A stretch of DNA of 56,617 bases, filler included, from Basidioascus undulatus (Eukaryota), in the NCBI GenBank assembly GCA_000826855.1. It is 3 parts of 3 records of this genome, joined end to end, with 100 filler letters (N's around TTAATTAATTAA, not from the genome) between each part and the next. Parts side by side here need not be neighbours in the genome. Positions count along the whole stretch, not along the records: positions 37,842 to 56,617 come from JTLS01000449.1; 2 more parts are not named here. The stretch is one strand, 5' to 3'. The stretch's first letter is position 1; every line of letters starts with the position of its first letter. This document shows, one piece after another, positions 52,409 through 56,617 of the stretch. Under the pieces are notes generated by a model, which was not told the origin of the DNA, made no database searches, and saw only the letters and a program-made list of their open reading frames with translations. The position numbers were made by a program, and so were the translations under genes.

Positions 52409-54950
52409 TCAGTCCTCGTCCCAGTTGGGATTCTGTTGCGGTGGCGCCAGACCGGCAGCCTGTTTCGTGTGTCGAGCCGAAATGTCAGCATCAGTTAGCG
52501 TGGATGGAGCAGAGGAGGAAACGGACCTTGCTCATGATGATCGAGTCGACGCGGAGCTGTTGCGATAGGGAAGAGCGGGTGAGACGACCGCGGAGAGGAT
52601 CGATAATGTGAAGGAGGGAAAAAAAACGCACCACGCTGACGGCTGCCTCGGTCGCGTATCGGACCGCCCACCACTTGGCCGCGAGGGTGTCGTAGATCTT
52701 CTCTGTCCGGGTGTCGACCGTGCCGTCCGTGCCCGCACCCTGTCCCCCCCGTCCCGATCAACACCTCTTCCAACCCTTCCGGCACCCGCCGCACCCAGCA
52801 AACGCACCTCAATATCCACGCCCACCGACGCGCCGCCATCCGTCGCATGCGCCGCCCACAGCCGACTAACCACCTCCGTCGCGTCGAGCCCTGCGTTCTC
52901 CGCCAGCGTGCTCGGGACAACCTCGAGCGCCTCGGCGAAGCGCTTGATGGCGTGCTGGTTGAGGCCGGGCGTCTTCTCCCCGTACGCCAGCACGGCCTTG
53001 GCGAGCTCCATCTCCGCCGCGCCCGCGCCGGGGACGAGGCGCGCGTCCTTAGAGATGAGCGTCTTGAAAACGTTCACGCCGTCATCGACTGCGCGCTCCA
53101 CGTCGTCCAGGTGGTTCGCCGTCGCGCCGCGCAGGACGACCGTCGCCGTGCGCGTCTTCTCCGATCCGCCGTCTTGCCGGAAGACAGTGACGCGGTCGCC
53201 CCCGATCTCGATCGTCTCGACGACGTCGACCGTGCCCGCCTCCTCGGGCGTCGGCGCACCGAGACGCGCGAGAGGCGTCGCGCCCACCACGCGGCAGAGC
53301 CGGCGCAGCTCGAACTTGGACAGAATCTTGATGACCAGGATGCCGAAGCGGTTAAGGTAGTGCAGCGCGAGATCACCCACGCCCGAGCCGGCGACGACGA
53401 CCTTGACGCCCGAGTCCGCGATCTCCTTGAAGATCTGTTGTAAGGGCGGCAGGGACGTTCAGGGTTGTTTTTAGGTGCCTGGAGAGGGAAGAAGCCAACG
53501 CACCTTCTCCATGTGCTGCTCCTCCCCGCGCGTGAAGTTGAGCATCTCATCCGCGTTGTGCAGGAGCACGGTCCCCTTCGTCTCGGTCTGGGCGACGTCG
53601 ATCCCGCACGTGTACACCGCGACCTTTGCCTTCTCCGCCTTCTTGATCGTGCCTGCCACCCGTGCCCTAGCTCCATCAGCCTTCCTCCCTTTCCATACAC
53701 TCAACCCGTCAAGGACCCAGACGCACCCTCCGCCTCGCGCCCGAACACCATGCCCTTGACCACCCTGCTCTGGGGCAGGCTCCCACCGAGGATCTTGACG
53801 ACGCGCACGTTGTCGACGTTGAACGCCTTCGGGTCCTTCGGCAGGACGGTAAGGACCGCCTCGGCGATGAGACCGCCGAGGAGCCCCTCGTAGCCGTACT
53901 GCTTGGACGCGAGCGCGGGCGCGATCGCCTCGGCGAGGGCGTCCTGCGTGAGCGGGGTGGGGAGGGAGACGATGGAGAGACCTGCGGGGCGGGTTTAGTA
54001 TAATGGGGAAGTGGGGATGAGGGGAGGAGGGCGGTGAAGACGCACCAGAGAGGACTTCGAGAGCCTTGTCCCGCGCCAGCTCGTACCCCTGCACGATCTC
54101 GGACGGGTGCAGACCCATGACGAGGAGATGCTCCGCCTTCTTGAGCAACTCGCCCGCGAAGATGAGGACGAGGTTGGTCGCATCGCCGACCTGCATTGCC
54201 AGCAATCAGGTCAACACTCTCGAGGAGATCGAGGAGAGGGAGAGGAAGGGAAGGGAAGAGGAAGGGAAGGGAAGAGGAAGGGAAGGGAAGAGGAAGGGAA
54301 GGGAAGGGGGACTCGCCTCGGCCTCCTGCTGGCGCGAGGCCATCACGACGAGCTTCGCGGCCGGATGGACGACCTCGATCTCGCGCACAATCGTCGCAGC
54401 GTCGTTGGTAACAAACAGCTTCTCGAGGTGGTTGATGATGAGCTTGTTCCGGCCTGGCGAGGATCAGGGCCAGGCGGAGAGGGAGCAGAGGGTGGGGAAG
54501 ACGTCAGCGAGAGGTTTGGGATGGGGCATTGCGATGGGATGGTCCAGTCAATGAAAGCGAAGGCATCACAGGAGAGTGAGGAAGTCCGAAGCGGATGGCT
54601 CGGCTGTGAAGCGCAGTTCTCATGGGCCGAGCTGGCGACTGTCGACAGAGAAGACGCAGCACCACTTCCTCGTCTCCCCATTCCCGAGCTCGTCCTGCCA
54701 TACGCTTCGACCCCGCACCAAAGAAGCAACTCACCGTTGGGCCCAAAGCTTGTCCGGACAATCTCGCTCAGCTCATTGACAGCCTGGATATTCCTCAGCA
54801 CCGCATCCTCGATCCCTTGCAGGTGCTGTGTCGCCCTCCATCTGCGTCAGCCTCGAGTCCGCTGCCTGCCCCTCGGAACCAGAGCGGACGGACCTTCCCA
54901 CCCGGCTTGAAGAGGTCGATGCCCTGAGACTTGGGGATTTTCAGCGACAT
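52409..54950 (-). CDS. CCT8: T-complex protein 1 subunit theta (cytosolic chaperonin CCT), multi-exon
   Basis: MSLKIPK, TSFGPNGRNKLIINHLEKLFVTNDAATI, VGDATNLV, FNVDNVRVVKILGGSL, TETKGTVLL, LRGATANHLDDVERAVDDG, LVPGAGAAE, C-terminal NWDED*. Confidence 0.97.
54232..54310. repeat. purine-rich (GGGAA/GAGGAA)n simple repeat in a CCT8 intron
   Basis: Directly visible tandem units. Confidence 0.8.
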
Positions 54951-55149
54951 GAGTGAGCAATAAAGGCGGTGACGGGCAACGGAGAAGACGCAGAGCGCGA
55001 CGCGCTTGGGTGAGGTGCGCTGCCGAACGTTCGAGCGACCGCAGTTACGGTCGGAAGGTGTCACTCGATCGCTTGACATCGTTTGACAGCAGTTCTCAGG
55101 GCGACCTGACATGGTCACAACAATACACAACCACGGCTCAAGATGTGAT

Positions 55150-56617
55150 TTGTTGGTTCAAATTAGAGCAATTATGCTAGCAAAACTCCATTTTTGTAAC
55201 CTACCTCTTCTGAGAGCATAAGTGCTGTTCCACCCAGTAGTGGGTGGTCTCCATGACTGTCTAGTGTACAAATCAGCCACCTCAACCTCAAGAAAGACAT
55301 CCAATATATTATTTCTGCACTCATTGTGCTTGAGGAGTGCTGAAAAGAGGATGGCCTGGTGTTGAGGATACACCAGTAGTGTCTGTCTAAGTGTTGCAAG
55401 TCATTCTGGTTGACATCCTAGTCGACATGTCAGTCAACATCTCAGTTGACATGCCAGTGGACATTGCAGTCAACATCCCAGTAAACACTGCAGTGGACAT
55501 GCTAGTCAACATCCCAGTCAACATCCGCGTGGAAATGCCAGGTGACAGAATGCCTTGTGGGTGTCAATTTGACAAATTGGGCTAGAACTGTCAGAATGAC
55601 AGAATGTCTTGTGGTTACCATTCTGACAGAATGTCTTGTTGTCATTCTGACAAAATGCCATGTGGTTGTCATTCTGACAAACAGCTTGTGGTTGTTATTC
55701 TGATGGAATGCCCCACTGTGTCATTCCGACAGTATCCCTTGCTACTGTCATCCTAACAAAGTGAATATAAAATGTCATATTTCTGGCAAGGACTGTTTTA
55801 TGGCATGGACAGTTTTCCATCAGTGGCACTTTCTCTGTCAGTGACAGAATTCTGACCAGGACAGTTTTCTGGCATGGTCAGATCTCTTCCTTGGACAGTT
55901 TTCTGGTAAGGACAGTGTCTGGAAAAGATAGTTTTCTGTCAGTGGCACTTTTATGGCAAGGACAGTTTTCTGTGAATGTCACTCTACTCACATTCTTGCA
56001 TAGACAAGAAATGGGTTGCCTTCTGAAGGAGAACTCAACCTTCCTCAGGAAGGACAGCCTTACAAAAGGACCACCTTCTGAAGAAGCCGCCCAACTTCTG
56101 AAGGAGAAGCCTGCCCTCTGAAGGAGAAACCTGTGTGACCACATCTGAGGTGCAGACAGCCTTGTAAGAGCTGAAGACAAGCCATATCTGAGATGCAGGT
56201 GGTCATGTCTGAGGATCAGCCAGGCCATGGCTGAGGTGCAATCTGTATCAAAGCCACATGCAGCTTGCAACCTTGCTGAAGTGAAAAGCTGCAAAGAAAG
56301 GTGGACATTGGTTTATGGTATGTTCATAATATTGCACTGTAAAAAGTTGAACTTGTCTGAAAGTGCCCTTTTGTTGCAGCTGCGATATGCCAAGAAGAGG
56401 CTTGAGAGAAGAAGATCAAGGCAACAATGCTCTCTTACGAGAGATGGCAGACATGATGAGGTACAGCAGGTCAACCTTCATTCTGCATCAAACTAATGTA
56501 CAAAACATGTCCAGATCTGTGTGGCCCAACTCCTGGACATTGCCCTGCTGTCATGAATACCCTCCCTCCCTTCACCAAGGACATCTACACCCTCTGCTAC
56601 CCTCTCCCTATTGTCAC
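55150..56617. mobile_element. CpG-depleted transposon relic with subterminal-like repeat arrays
   Basis: Abrupt loss of CpG relative to the adjacent CCT8. Arrays of CATTCTGACAGAATG-type palindromes (about 55541-55760) and GACAGTTTTCT repeats (about 55790-55970). WNSTY peptide on the minus strand near 55230. Confidence 0.6.
55409..55540. repeat. 12-bp minisatellite, 11 degenerate units (GTNRACATNNCA)
   Basis: Units GTTGACATCCTA, GTCGACATGTCA, GTCAACATCTCA, GTTGACATGCCA and so on in exact 12-bp register. Confidence 0.9.

Noticed and set aside
52608..53443. Long + strand ORFs (250 and 198 aa), and similarly 45117-46070 on the - strand
   Set aside because: Antisense shadows of GC3-rich CCT8 and CWC15 exons.
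54560..54700. TPP riboswitch in the CCT8 intron
   Set aside because: Only a UGAGA-like fragment is present; the other conserved TPP aptamer segments are absent and the host gene is unrelated to thiamine.
55409..55970. CRISPR array
   Set aside because: Units are degenerate and contiguous without unique spacers, there are no cas genes, and the DNA is eukaryotic.

Overview
Eukaryotic, intron-rich, GC-rich fungal DNA. GT-AG introns of mostly 50-110 nt, micro-exons and the gene repertoire point to a basidiomycete (inference). The window is not one locus. It is three contigs (1-18824, 18925-37741, 37842-56617; 18,824, 18,817 and 18,776 bp) joined by artificial N44-TTAATTAATTAA-N44 spacers, so neighbourhood across the spacers is uninformative. 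Genes with no lesions noticed: secreted GH29 alpha-L-fucosidase, mitochondrial phosphate carrier (MIR1), CWC15, CCT8, a Mid2-like Ser/Thr-rich membrane protein, a partial CFEM-like protein, a small four-exon protein of unknown function, and an intron-containing gene with a retrotransposon Gag-capsid-like domain. Many accessory genes carry frameshifts, stops or truncations: two F-box/LRR-like genes, an APH-family phosphotransferase, a subtilisin, a TPR protein, an FAD oxidase, an RBR ligase and a paralog of the small protein. Transposon relics include a MITE-like foldback, KDZ/CxC6-like, Tc1-like and hAT-like fragments, and CpG-decayed repeat arrays. Best leads: the candidate domesticated Gag gene (9404-10344), a possible four-way-junction RNA in a long CCT8 intron, the duplicated small-protein pair, and a His-to-Pro change in the GH29 substrate motif. 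All family calls come from motif recognition by eye; no searches were run.
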